Shown here piece by piece: positions 1-8,513 of a stretch of 64,000 nt of DNA; the stretch's first letter is position 1; each line of letters begins with the position of its first letter. The stretch is from an uncultured Thermofilaceae archaeon (GTDB lineage Archaea; Thermoproteota; Thermoprotei; Thermofilales; Thermofilaceae), in contig CAZKLN010000002.1 in NCBI GenBank assembly GCA_964553765.1, positions 21,890-85,889 on the forward strand. Direction: 5' to 3'. A program made the position numbers and the translations under genes. The notes below the pieces were generated by a model that saw only the letters and a program-made list of their open reading frames with translations, was not told the DNA's origin and did not search any database.

Positions 1-68
1 TCTAAGTTAACGCCTTTAAGCACACTTTTATTATTAAAACTCTTCCATACATCCTCTACCACAAGCAT
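1..68 (-). CDS. ABC transporter ATP-binding protein, N-terminal fragment (continues past the left edge)
   Basis: Too short for the ORF track. The minus-strand ATG at 66-68 reads MLVVEDVWKSFNNKSVLKGVNL, the stereotyped start of ABC ATPase subunits. Walker A would lie outside the window. Confidence 0.4.
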   Translation of the reverse strand, partial: MLVVEDVWKSFNNKSVLKGVNL

Positions 69-168
69 CGCTTTAACCTCTATTTTTTTAACTTAACTTT
101 TTCCTAAGCCTATTACTATTTATAAATCTTATGGAAGAAATGTCATAGGTTTACTATGAGGTTTCACT

Positions 169-579
169 ATGGAGAGAAGAGAGGAGGCAAAAAGATGGTT
201 TAAGCAGTCTCTCAGAGACATCAAAGCTGCGAAGGATAGCTTCTCATCTGGAAATTTTGAGTGGGCATGTTTCCAGGCTCAACAAGCTGCGGAGAAGGCG
301 GTTAAAGCGTTACATTATGCACTAGGTAGGAGTTCTTGGGGACACAGTATATTAGAGCTACTTAATTCTTTAAGTGATTTAATTAATATAGAGAGGTTCC
401 TTCCCAAAGCCCGCGAGCTTGATAGACATTACATACCTTCTAGATATCCCAACGCTTTCGAGTCAGGGTATCCTGCGCTCTATTATGACTCGGAGACCGC
501 TGAAAGAGCGGTAAAATACGCCAACGATATAATAGAATGGGTTAAGGGTGAGCTTAAACGTCTAGGAGTGAGCGTTTAG
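169..579 (+). CDS. HEPN domain protein (toxin-like partner of a minimal nucleotidyltransferase)
   Basis: 136 aa, helical. WFKQSLRDIKAAKDSFSSGNFEWACFQAQQAAEKAVKAL and LDRHYIPSRYPN are typical of HEPN proteins paired with MNT genes. An MNT-type gene follows directly. Confidence 0.8.
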   Translation: MERREEAKRWFKQSLRDIKAAKDSFSSGNFEWACFQAQQAAEKAVKALHYALGRSSWGHSILELLNSLSDLINIERFLPKARELDRHYIPSRYPNAFESGYPALYYDSETAERAVKYANDIIEWVKGELKRLGVSV

Positions 580-941
580 AACTATTTTTAAGGCGAATTA
601 CTTCTTCGATAACTATAGAATCAGTCATTCTTTTCGGCTCATATGCTAGGAACCAGCACGGTGAATGGAGCGATATTGACGTCCTTGTGATCAGTGATAA
701 GTTTGAGAACATGAACATTCTGGAAAGATTCAGATTGATGATGGAGTATAAGGTAGGCAAGATACAGGCATTCGCTTACACTTACAGAGAACTTGTAAGT
801 ATGGTCAAAAAAGGAAACCCTTTAGCCCTTTCAGCTTTAATAGAGGGTAAGCCTTTGTTTTTAAGCAGCAGAGTGAAAAGGCTCATAGAAAGAGCTAAGC
901 AAAATTACTATAGAATAGGTAGAACATGGCACTCTAAATAA
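558..941 (+). CDS. Minimal nucleotidyltransferase (MNT) domain protein; start codon unresolved (the frame is open from 558, the track reports only 687..941)
   Basis: The frame upstream of GTG 687 encodes SVILFGSYARNQHGEWSDIDVLVISDKF, the GS...DxD Pol-beta-type NTase motif. There is no ATG/GTG/TTG in frame between 558 and 686. Confidence 0.7.
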   Translation, partial: TSRSERLELFLRRITSSITIESVILFGSYARNQHGEWSDIDVLVISDKFENMNILERFRLMMEYKVGKIQAFAYTYRELVSMVKKGNPLALSALIEGKPLFLSSRVKRLIERAKQNYYRIGRTWHSK

Positions 942-1103
942 GATAAATAATTTATTTAAGACATTTAGTTCATAACTCCTTAAGAGCCCTTAATATAGGA
1001 AACTGTTACTCCATCTTATTCATCATTTATGTTTTTAAACTTTATTTTTCTTAAATATACAAAGATTAAGAAGATTTATTAGCTGGTAGCGATAGTTAGT
1101 TCT

Positions 1104-1904
1104 ATGTTATTTAGAGTAGAAGACGTAGGTCTGAATAATATCAGCGACGTTTTGACTGTCTGTAAACCTCCTAAGATGACTGAGGATTACATAAAAGGTG
1201 TTAGTATTAAAAGGGAGTGGCTTATTGAGATGATAGAAAAATATGGCAGTGTGGCTAAAATAGGGTACTTTAAGCACAAGCCTGTGGCGCAACTCCTCTA
1301 CTATCCAGCTATAGCTGATCCAAGATATAAAAATAAAGGAAAGAACGTTCTCTTTATTAACTGCGTCTATAATCCTTTCAGAGAGGCTCAACGAAAAGGG
1401 GTAGCTAGAGCTCTTTTCAACTCTCTTTTAGAGGAAGTTAAGGATAAATATAATCTTATAGTGACTCACGCGTTCGTAACTGGAGAGTATTTCTCCCAGA
1501 AAGAGTTCTTCCTGAAAATGGGATTTAAGCCTGTTCCTAAAGGATCTCCTGGAGATCTATACTTTCCCTTGAAAGGAGAGGTACCCAGTATTCAGGTTTT
1601 ATCAGTATGGAAGGAATCTAAGGGAAGGTATGAGCCCAGAAGTAGCGATAGAGGTAAAGCAATGATATTCTATTCACCAGTATGTGAGTTTAGCTATATT
1701 TTCGCATCATACGCTGCTAGGATAGTAAGAGAGCTATGCAGTGACATACCTGTGACCTTACTGAACTACTGGAAGGAGAGCGAGGAGTTTCTCAGTAGGG
1801 GAGAACATTGGATGATAGTTAATGCAACTCCTATACTCTCGAGTCCTTTAGAGGAGAAGTTTAAGGATGAGGTACTCTCGTCCATAAAAAGAGATGTTAA
1901 GTGA
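1104..1904 (+). CDS. GNAT-family acetyltransferase-like protein with a C-terminal thioredoxin-like (CxxS) domain
   Basis: REAQRKGVARALFNSLLEEV...FFLKMGFKP resembles the GNAT acetyl-CoA binding core. The C-terminal MIFYSPVCEFSY...WMIVNATPI resembles a thioredoxin-fold segment. Confidence 0.5.
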   Translation: MLFRVEDVGLNNISDVLTVCKPPKMTEDYIKGVSIKREWLIEMIEKYGSVAKIGYFKHKPVAQLLYYPAIADPRYKNKGKNVLFINCVYNPFREAQRKGVARALFNSLLEEVKDKYNLIVTHAFVTGEYFSQKEFFLKMGFKPVPKGSPGDLYFPLKGEVPSIQVLSVWKESKGRYEPRSSDRGKAMIFYSPVCEFSYIFASYAARIVRELCSDIPVTLLNYWKESEEFLSRGEHWMIVNATPILSSPLEEKFKDEVLSSIKRDVK

Positions 1905-2432
1905 TGATATTAAAGGGAATTAGAGCTGTTCTCTTTGATCTAAATGGGACTTTAGCTTACGTAGATGACCCTATTAGCTGCGTAGATCTATCTGATCTTC
2001 TCTTCAGTAGAGGTTATGAGATTTCGCCCCAACAGCTTAGTGCTGCCTGCTTTTTCGTCTCCATGGTTAATACTGTAGTTAAGGTCAAGAAAAGCGGGTT
2101 TAAGACTGCTTTAGTGAACTACGATAGCCCGTTTCCAGTTCGAAGAGGCTATTAATCCCATTAAGAAGTACCTTGACCTAGTGATGACGGGTTATGAGGC
2201 TGGATGCGATAAGTCTAACCCACAGATGTATAAGAGAACGCTGGAAATTTTAGGCGTCAAGGCAAGTGAAGCTGTTATGATAGGAGATGATGTTTTCTTA
2301 GATGTTATCCTGCCCAAGAGGCTGGGAATGAGAGCTATACTATTGAATAGGTACGGTAGGAGTCTGGATTGTGATCAAGCAGATATTGTCGTGAGTACAT
2401 TAGAGCAAGCCTTAAGGTACATTATGCCTTAA
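1901..2432 (+). pseudogene. HAD-superfamily hydrolase split by a +/-1 frameshift (ORFs 1901..2155 and 2181..2432)
   Basis: ORF1 carries HAD motif I (AVLFDLNGTL). ORF2 carries motifs III/IV (DKSNPQMY, MIGDDVFLDV). The second frame is open from 2118, so the two frames overlap at 2118-2155, and a single indel there would restore one ORF. Confidence 0.7.
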
Positions 2433-2437
2433 ATTGA

Positions 2438-2692
2438 TTATTTTTACTAATTGCTCATGAGGTAGCAGCTCGATTTAGAAGACAAGGAATTGGAGTAAAC
2501 CCTGAAGATGTACGATACTTAGGCTGTAAACGTGAAAAGGAGGAACATTAATCCCTCAGGTGTTGTGTAGAAAGAGGGCTAGAGCCTTGTTATCAGTGTA
2601 AGGTTTTTCCCTGTAAGAGGCTTCAGAAGTGGGCTAAACAGGATAGAAGGTATGGAGAGGCTTTAGCCAGGTTTAAATCCTCTAAAATATGA
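2438..2692 (+). pseudogene. DUF3795-like Cys-rich protein relic, N-terminally truncated with an in-frame TAA at 2549-2551
   Basis: A single frame reads ...GVNPEDVRYLGCKREKEEH*SLRCCVERGLEPCYQCKVFPCKRLQKWAKQ... This matches the DUF3795 pattern (PED..C.GC ... C..ekG...C..C..fPC..L). There is no start codon after the upstream TGA at 2435-2437. Confidence 0.5.
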
Positions 2693-2727
2693 GTTATCAA
2701 GCCCGAGGTTATTATTGCATAACGCTC

Positions 2728-3330
2728 TTATCTTGCTGCGTAAGCTATTCTCTCTATCTCATCTTTTCTCCTAATAGCGTAGCTGGAGGAGTCGCCGTAT
2801 GCGGCTGCAACTATCTCATCGGCTAAACACTCTTCTATTGTCTTAGGGTTATTAAATGAGCATTCCCTGGCACCCTCAGTTATAAACCTTAATGCGAGGT
2901 CTACTCTTCTCTGAGGAGCTACATCAACTGACACATGGTAAAGTATTCCTCCATAGATTATCCTTGTAGTCTCTTCCCTGGGTGAGGCGTTCTCAATTGC
3001 CCATATAAGCACCTGTATAGGATTCTTCTTAGTTTTAAGCTCAACAAGCTTCAAAGCTCTCCTAACTATGTTGGTTGCAAGCATCTTCTTTCCAGCATTT
3101 CTTCCAGGCCTCATCATCATGTTAATTAATCTTTCAACTATAGGTACTGTAGACTTAGCGAATCTTCTCTTTTCATGTCTGCCCTCAGTGTGAGGAGCTA
3201 GCATGGGCTTAAGGCTTATATATCTCCTTAAGCTGGGGTCTCTTATCTCGACCTCGGAGAGACTCCACTCGCCGAATAATTTAATGTCCTTCCCATCAAG
3301 CGTAGTGAGTTGTTCTTCAGACATCACCAC
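2728..3330 (-). CDS. rps7: 30S ribosomal protein S7 (uS7)
   Basis: [31 protein letters not shown]...[34 protein letters not shown] is a classic archaeal uS7 sequence. Confidence 0.95.
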   Translation of the reverse strand: MVMSEEQLTTLDGKDIKLFGEWSLSEVEIRDPSLRRYISLKPMLAPHTEGRHEKRRFAKSTVPIVERLINMMMRPGRNAGKKMLATNIVRRALKLVELKTKKNPIQVLIWAIENASPREETTRIIYGGILYHVSVDVAPQRRVDLALRFITEGARECSFNNPKTIEECLADEIVAAAYGDSSSYAIRRKDEIERIAYAAR

Positions 3331-3433
3331 ACATCTGCCTTATGTAAATATAAATATTACCTTAGCCGATCAGCTCATATACCGGCGTCATTAGTTAAAG
3401 GAATATATTTAAATATGTAATTAAAGTTAATCT

Positions 3434-3934
3434 TTGTTGATAAAAATGAGTGTTTCCACTGACATACTTTTAGCAGCAGGAGTTCATGCCTTCTTTGGGT
3501 TAGTAGCCTTTATACCAGCGATATGGCTATTAGTCGAGGTAAAGAGAGGAATCTCAAGCGTTAAGACGGCAGTAAGTCTCTCTTTATTACTCTCGCTAAT
3601 GGTCTGGTTGGCTTTCCTTGCAGGAGGATGGTGGTATGTTACCTATTATCATAATGATAAGGCAGTTATAAAGGAGGGGCCTCTACCTTGGGCTCATTCA
3701 ATAGGTATGGAGGCTAAAGAGCATCTCTTCTTTACAGGCTTGTTGTTATCTACGATGCTTCCAGCGCTAGTATATGCTTACGGAGAGAGGCTAACTAAAG
3801 GTGAAGGAAGTAAATTACTGCTCTCAATGCTAATATTAATTATTATAGGAGGAATGGTAATGGAGCTTCTTGGCGGCCTGATATCGATTGGTGCAAAGGC
3901 CGGATGGATGGTTAAGGTCCCTGTAGAGGAGTGA
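3434..3934 (+). CDS. Integral membrane protein, unknown function (start probably ATG 3446)
   Basis: About 5 hydrophobic helices and no recognisable motif. TTG 3434 and ATG 3446 are both possible starts. Confidence 0.5.
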   Translation: MLIKMSVSTDILLAAGVHAFFGLVAFIPAIWLLVEVKRGISSVKTAVSLSLLLSLMVWLAFLAGGWWYVTYYHNDKAVIKEGPLPWAHSIGMEAKEHLFFTGLLLSTMLPALVYAYGERLTKGEGSKLLLSMLILIIIGGMVMELLGGLISIGAKAGWMVKVPVEE

Positions 3935-3940
3935 GAACAC

Positions 3941-4261
3941 ATGGCTGAGAGAAGTGTAAAGAATAATCTTATAACAGGTCTTGTGGTAGGCTTTCTCATA
4001 GCTGCTCTCTTCAGCGCTTTTCTCGTGGTAGTAAAGGAAGAGAACAAGGGCGTAAAGGACTGGTTAGCAGGAACATTTACTCATCATTGGATAGGACATG
4101 GAGTACTAACCCTTGTGGTATTCTTTATGATGACGTTAGTAGCGGCAAAATACTGTCCCCCATCATCAGAAAAGATGTTAAGTATAGCTATATGGGCAGC
4201 AACAATTATTAACCTTCTAGTTATAATAGGTTACTATGTGTTACATTTCCCAGCTAAATAA
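3941..4261 (+). CDS. Small integral membrane protein, unknown function
   Basis: Three predicted TM helices. Lies 6 nt downstream of the previous membrane ORF, so the two are probably co-transcribed. Confidence 0.5.
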   Translation: MAERSVKNNLITGLVVGFLIAALFSAFLVVVKEENKGVKDWLAGTFTHHWIGHGVLTLVVFFMMTLVAAKYCPPSSEKMLSIAIWAATIINLLVIIGYYVLHFPAK

Positions 4262-4350
4262 ATCTTTATTAATTTTGTTTTTTAATAAAGGAACATAATA
4301 TTTAAATAAAGTATTAGATTTTAAGCATAGGTTTTTCAAAGAAGAGATTA

Positions 4351-5388
4351 TTGGATTTATCGGTGTATCCTATGTCTCAGAAAGAAATAAAGGTAGGGAT
4401 AGCTGGGTTAGGGAGAATAGGTAGGCTTCATGCAGAGATATTTAACTATCATGTAGATGGAGCTAAGCTAGTATCTGTAATGGATGTAGTGGAAAATCTA
4501 GCTAAGAACGTTGCAGACAAGCTTAAAGTGAAATGGTTTACTAACTATTCCACTTTTCTAAAGGATCCGGAGCTCGATGCAGTTGTGATAGCTACTCCTA
4601 CGTTCCTTCATAAAGATATGATTATTCAAGCAGTTGAAGAGGGGAAACATGTTTTCACAGAGAAACCTCTTACAGTAACAGTGAGCGAGGCAAAGGAGGT
4701 TATTAAGGCAGCTGAAAAAGCAGGAGTTAAGCTCCAAGTAGGGTACATGAGAAGATTTGACTATGCTTATATGAATGCTAAGGAGAAGATAGAGAAAGGT
4801 GAAATAGGAAAACCCCTCATGTTTATCGGAATAGCTAGAGACCCAGGAGCCCCCCCAGGGTGGGCTGCTGATCCTAGCAAAAGCGGCGGAATATTTCTTG
4901 ATATGCTTAGCCATGACTTTGACATGGCTAGATGGCTTATGAACTCTGAGGTTACTCAAGTATATGTTAATGGTGGAGCTTACTTATATGAGGAAATCAA
5001 AAACAAAGGAGACTTAGACGTTGTATCCATAAACTTTGTTTTCAGTAACAATTCTCTTGGAGTAATACATGGAAGCAGGAAATCGGTTTTTGGATATGAT
5101 CTGAGAACAGAGATAATGGGTTCTGATGGAACTATATATGTGGGAGCACTTTATGATCCCTTTATAGCATCGGGTGTGAAGACAGGATTAGTTTACACCG
5201 GAATACAATGGTTCCAGAAGAGATTTTACGATGCTTACGTGGAGGAAGACTCGCATTTCATTAAATCTATTTTGAGTGACGAGACACCATTAATAACGGG
5301 TATAGATGGGCTAAGAGCTGTTCAGATAGCTGAAGCATGCTGGAAATCATTTAGAGAGGGAAAGCCTGTAAAAGTAGAGTTAGACTAA
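4351..5388 (+). CDS. Gfo/Idh/MocA-family NAD(P)-dependent oxidoreductase (start likely ATG 4372)
   Basis: N-terminal Rossmann motif IKVGIAGLGRIGRLHAE, then EKPL and GYMRRFD motifs typical of the family. Confidence 0.8.
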   Translation: MDLSVYPMSQKEIKVGIAGLGRIGRLHAEIFNYHVDGAKLVSVMDVVENLAKNVADKLKVKWFTNYSTFLKDPELDAVVIATPTFLHKDMIIQAVEEGKHVFTEKPLTVTVSEAKEVIKAAEKAGVKLQVGYMRRFDYAYMNAKEKIEKGEIGKPLMFIGIARDPGAPPGWAADPSKSGGIFLDMLSHDFDMARWLMNSEVTQVYVNGGAYLYEEIKNKGDLDVVSINFVFSNNSLGVIHGSRKSVFGYDLRTEIMGSDGTIYVGALYDPFIASGVKTGLVYTGIQWFQKRFYDAYVEEDSHFIKSILSDETPLITGIDGLRAVQIAEACWKSFREGKPVKVELD

Positions 5389-5389
5389 G

Positions 5390-5671
5390 ATGAGTGAACC
5401 TGTCATTATCAGGATAGGAAAGAAAGGAATAACCAACTCGTTACTGAATGAACTTAAGGAAGTTCTTAAAAAGAGAAAGATAGTAAAGGTTAAGCTACTT
5501 AGGAACTTTAGGGAAACTTATGAGATGGACAGATGGAAAGTTGCAGATCTCTTGTCAAAGAAGTTAGGAGCTAAGGTAGTCGAGATAAGAGGATTTACTA
5601 TTATCCTTAGACAGACCAAAGAGCGTGTCTCAACGCCCCTAAAGGACCGAAATCGTAAATTCCAGCAGTAA
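5390..5671 (+). CDS. CRS1/YhbY (CRM) RNA-binding domain protein
   Basis: IRIGKKGITNSLLNELKEVLKKRKIVKVKLL...EIRGFTIILR matches the YhbY/CRM fold pattern. The 3' end overlaps the convergent gene by 65 nt. Confidence 0.7.
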   Translation: MSEPVIIRIGKKGITNSLLNELKEVLKKRKIVKVKLLRNFRETYEMDRWKVADLLSKKLGAKVVEIRGFTIILRQTKERVSTPLKDRNRKFQQ

Positions 5672-6395
5672 GATCTATTACATAAACCTTAAATCTATCA
5701 ATATTTACCTCATTTAGTATAGGAGAAAGAAAAGTCCTGTCTTCCTTTACATTAATCTCAGTGCCAGGCATTAAAGGCGAAATAGAAGGCAATACAAATA
5801 ATTTTCTCCCGTCTATATCTCCTTCTAATAAACACTTAAACTTGATTTTTATTCCTAATTCGTCTCTTAAAACTACAGCCGGATGCTCATGTCCCATAAA
5901 TATGTGAGTTATGTACAAGGAATATGTATCTAGTGGTAATGGTTTATGGCCGTGAACAAAAAGATAGTTTCTAATTTTAAGATAGGGATCATGAAAAGGT
6001 ATTTCAAGCCTCTTAAGTATAGGTATTAAGAAGTTATCATGATTGCCTCTAATAACGTGTATATCTATCTTCTTTTTCTTTATCTCAGTAAAAAGATCTA
6101 TTGTTTCTTTCCATTCTTGTCTTAGAGCTTCTCCAAACTCGTGTTTAACATCTCCAAGTATTATAAGCTTTTCAGCATCAGACCTATCTAACATAAGGTT
6201 AACAATCCTGAGCACTAACGGATATTGAACAGCAGGTATATGCACTCCTTGTGACTCTAAGGCTTCCTCATACCCTATGTGGAAATCGGCAACCACTAGT
6301 GCTGATATATCTCTAATAAATATGCCAAAACCGACTATCTCTATGTTGTTTTCTAAATTAAAAGTAGGTATTTTAGTAACTTTTTCCATATTCAA
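5607..6395 (-). CDS. Calcineurin-like metallophosphoesterase (archaeal SbcD/Mre11-related phosphoesterase family)
   Basis: Motifs ADFHIG, GDVKHEF, IRGNHDN, VHGH and MGHEHP. Confidence 0.8.
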   Translation of the reverse strand: MNMEKVTKIPTFNLENNIEIVGFGIFIRDISALVVADFHIGYEEALESQGVHIPAVQYPLVLRIVNLMLDRSDAEKLIILGDVKHEFGEALRQEWKETIDLFTEIKKKKIDIHVIRGNHDNFLIPILKRLEIPFHDPYLKIRNYLFVHGHKPLPLDTYSLYITHIFMGHEHPAVVLRDELGIKIKFKCLLEGDIDGRKLFVLPSISPLMPGTEINVKEDRTFLSPILNEVNIDRFKVYVIDLTAGIYDFGPLGALRHALWSV

Positions 6396-7858
6396 TAAGC
6401 CTTAGCTACGTAAACTGTATACCTAGCTTTTTCACCGCACCAAGCACATTTTTCCTCAATGGGATTAAAGTTCTCAAGAGGGGTTCCTCTAACCTTCGCT
6501 CCCCCGGTAGCCAACCTCATCTCCTCAGCACAGCTCTCTTTACCGCAGAAAGCCATTTTAACTATCTTTCTCCCGGAAATACCTTTAATGACCTCATCCT
6601 TATTCCTTGCCTCATATATATTATTATTAAGAAAGTTTAACGCTTTTTCCTTAAGATTATTTAACATATCTCTCGCCATGCTACTTAACTCCTCTATAAG
6701 TCTGTCTTCAGCTACCTTCACTCTCTTGAGTATATCTCTTCTGAATATTGTTACTACTTTTTCCTTTACTTCTCTGCTACCTATCTCTATCCTAAATGGA
6801 ACTCCCTTAAGTTCCCAGTCGTTAAACTTCCATCCAGGTGTTTTCTCCTCCCTATCATCTAAATAAACTCTTATACCCTTTCTCTTCAACTTTTCCTTGA
6901 TCTCTCCACATTTCCTCATTATCTCTTCTTTATCTTTCTCACTATAATAGATAGGAATTATAACGACCTGTATAGGAGCTACATCAAATGGTAATATCAA
7001 ACCCTTATCGTCGCCATGAATACCTATGAGAGCAGCTACTATTCTCCAAATACCTGGCCCATAACATGTTTGCCATACATACTTCCACTTTCCATCTTTA
7101 TCAAGGAACTTAATGTCAAAAGCCTTAGCAAAACCCTGACCTAGATCATGTGTTGAAGATATCTGAAGCACTCTACCGTCAGGGAGCAATGTGTCAGCTG
7201 CATAGGTGTCCCTCGCACCAGCAAATTTATCCCACTGAGGTCTCCTTAGAAATAAGAAAGGTATACCCAGCTTCTCCCATATAACCTTCCTGGAGTTCTC
7301 CATATCCTCCTTAACCTGCCTTAAGGCTTCCTCGTGTGTAGTAAAGGCATTATGAGCCTCTATCCATAGGAACTCCCTTCCCCTTATGAAAGGCCTCGTG
7401 TTCTTCTCATACCTATACACGCTAACACTTTGGTAAAGCTTTAAAGGCAGATCTCTCCAGCTCTTAATCCAGTAAGGATACATTGAGTAAAAAGCAGTTT
7501 CAGATGTAGGCCTTAACGCAAGCCTCTTCTCAAGCTTCTCGTCCCCCGCCTCCGTTATCCAGAAGACCTCAGGTTTAAATCCCTCCACATGCTCTTTCTC
7601 CCTTTCAAAATTCTCCTCAGGAATAACTAAGGGGAAGAGCACAGGCTCATGACCTGTATTTTCAAGCTCTTCTTCAAACATTCTATAAATTTCCCTAATA
7701 ATCCTCATAGCCCATGGTTTATGGACTATGAAGCCCTGAACGTTATACCTTTGGTCTACTAGATCAGCCTTAGTAATAACTTGTGTAAACCATTCAGAAA
7801 AGTTCTTTGATTTACTTACAGTTATTCCCAGAGCCTTCTCTTCAATAGCCTTACTCAA
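6392..7858 (-). CDS. proS: Prolyl-tRNA synthetase (archaeal/eukaryal type)
   Basis: RPTSETAFYSMYPYWIKSWRDLPLKLYQSVSVYRYE...REFLWIEAHNAF, plus a C-terminal Zn-binding Cys segment. Confidence 0.95.
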   Translation of the reverse strand: MSKAIEEKALGITVSKSKNFSEWFTQVITKADLVDQRYNVQGFIVHKPWAMRIIREIYRMFEEELENTGHEPVLFPLVIPEENFEREKEHVEGFKPEVFWITEAGDEKLEKRLALRPTSETAFYSMYPYWIKSWRDLPLKLYQSVSVYRYEKNTRPFIRGREFLWIEAHNAFTTHEEALRQVKEDMENSRKVIWEKLGIPFLFLRRPQWDKFAGARDTYAADTLLPDGRVLQISSTHDLGQGFAKAFDIKFLDKDGKWKYVWQTCYGPGIWRIVAALIGIHGDDKGLILPFDVAPIQVVIIPIYYSEKDKEEIMRKCGEIKEKLKRKGIRVYLDDREEKTPGWKFNDWELKGVPFRIEIGSREVKEKVVTIFRRDILKRVKVAEDRLIEELSSMARDMLNNLKEKALNFLNNNIYEARNKDEVIKGISGRKIVKMAFCGKESCAEEMRLATGGAKVRGTPLENFNPIEEKCAWCGEKARYTVYVAKAY

Positions 7859-7998
7859 AGCATAACCCCCTTAAAGGCCGTTGGTTTCGTGTTAAGGAAT
7901 AAACAACTTCTCCCTTAAATAATATAGCTAAGCATAAGGGTCTTTCCATCACTTTACGAAAGATAAGTTCTTAAATGATGGTTACTGAAAATATTGAG

Positions 7999-8075
7999 GG
8001 GCCGGTAGCTCAGCCGGGAAGAGCACCGGGCTTTTAACCCGGGGGTCGCGGGTTCAAATCCCGCCCGGCCCGCCA
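7999..8075 (+). tRNA. tRNA-Lys (anticodon UUU), CCA encoded
   Basis: Hand-folded cloverleaf: GGGCCGG/TA/GCTC-AGCCGGGAA-GAGC/A/CCGGG-CTTTTAA-CCCGG/GGGTC/GCGGG-TTCAAAT-CCCGC/CCGGCCC/G/CCA. Confidence 0.95.
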
Positions 8076-8090
8076 GTTAAGCTTAGCTAC

Positions 8091-8513
8091 CTACTTAACC
8101 GCTACTATGATCATTTCTAACAACTCTCCTTTTTTTAGCCTACCTATGAGTTCCCTGTTTATATCTTTGGCAGCCTTATCGGCCTCTATAGCTATTGTTC
8201 TTCCGTCTATATAGGTACTTCTTCTTACTACTAAGGATGTATCATCAGATAGGGTTAACATGGGAGAGCCCTTAGCGATAACCACATCATATTCGCCTCC
8301 TGACTTAAGAATTATAATCACTATTGAGCTATCTTTTAGAAGGGACTTAAGGTCTTGAGATAGTTCTGAAGCTGATTTGTCAGCTGAGATAGCGATTATA
8401 CAATCACCTTTCTCACTCAGGAAGTTCTCCTTAGTTACTTCAAAGGTAGAAACGTGCTTTGCAGTAACTAGCCTGTTTCCTCTAGCGACAATCGTATCAA
8501 AGGCTAGTTTCAT
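8091..8513 (-). CDS. DUF371 domain protein
   Basis: ARGNRLVTAKHVSTFEVTKENFLSEKGDCIIAISADK resembles the archaeal DUF371 signature. Overlaps pcm by 17 nt. Confidence 0.6.
   Translation of the reverse strand: MKLAFDTIVARGNRLVTAKHVSTFEVTKENFLSEKGDCIIAISADKSASELSQDLKSLLKDSSIVIIILKSGGEYDVVIAKGSPMLTLSDDTSLVVRRSTYIDGRTIAIEADKAAKDINRELIGRLKKGELLEMIIVAVK

Noticed and set aside
551-580. Possible programmed -1 frameshift fusing HEPN to the MNT frame (CTTAAAC resembles a slippery heptamer)
   Set aside because: In the HEPN zero frame the codons are ctt-aaa-cgt. The X_XXY_YYZ register is therefore wrong, and no downstream stimulatory structure is evident.
962-1010. Minus-strand AATGATGA in the 942-1103 intergenic region
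   Set aside because: No CTGA D/D' box within 60 nt downstream, and the putative guide is AT-rich.
2181-2240. C/D-box-like string GTGATGA-12nt-CTGG...CAGA
   Set aside because: The D' and D boxes are degenerate (CTGG, CAGA), there is no C' box, and the string lies inside the HAD coding sequence.
3366-3394. Minus-strand AATGACG-11nt-CTGA upstream of rps7 (a half C/D-like unit)
   Set aside because: Only one imperfect box pair and no second guide or box set. It sits immediately upstream of the rps7 TATA region and is most likely just promoter-proximal sequence.
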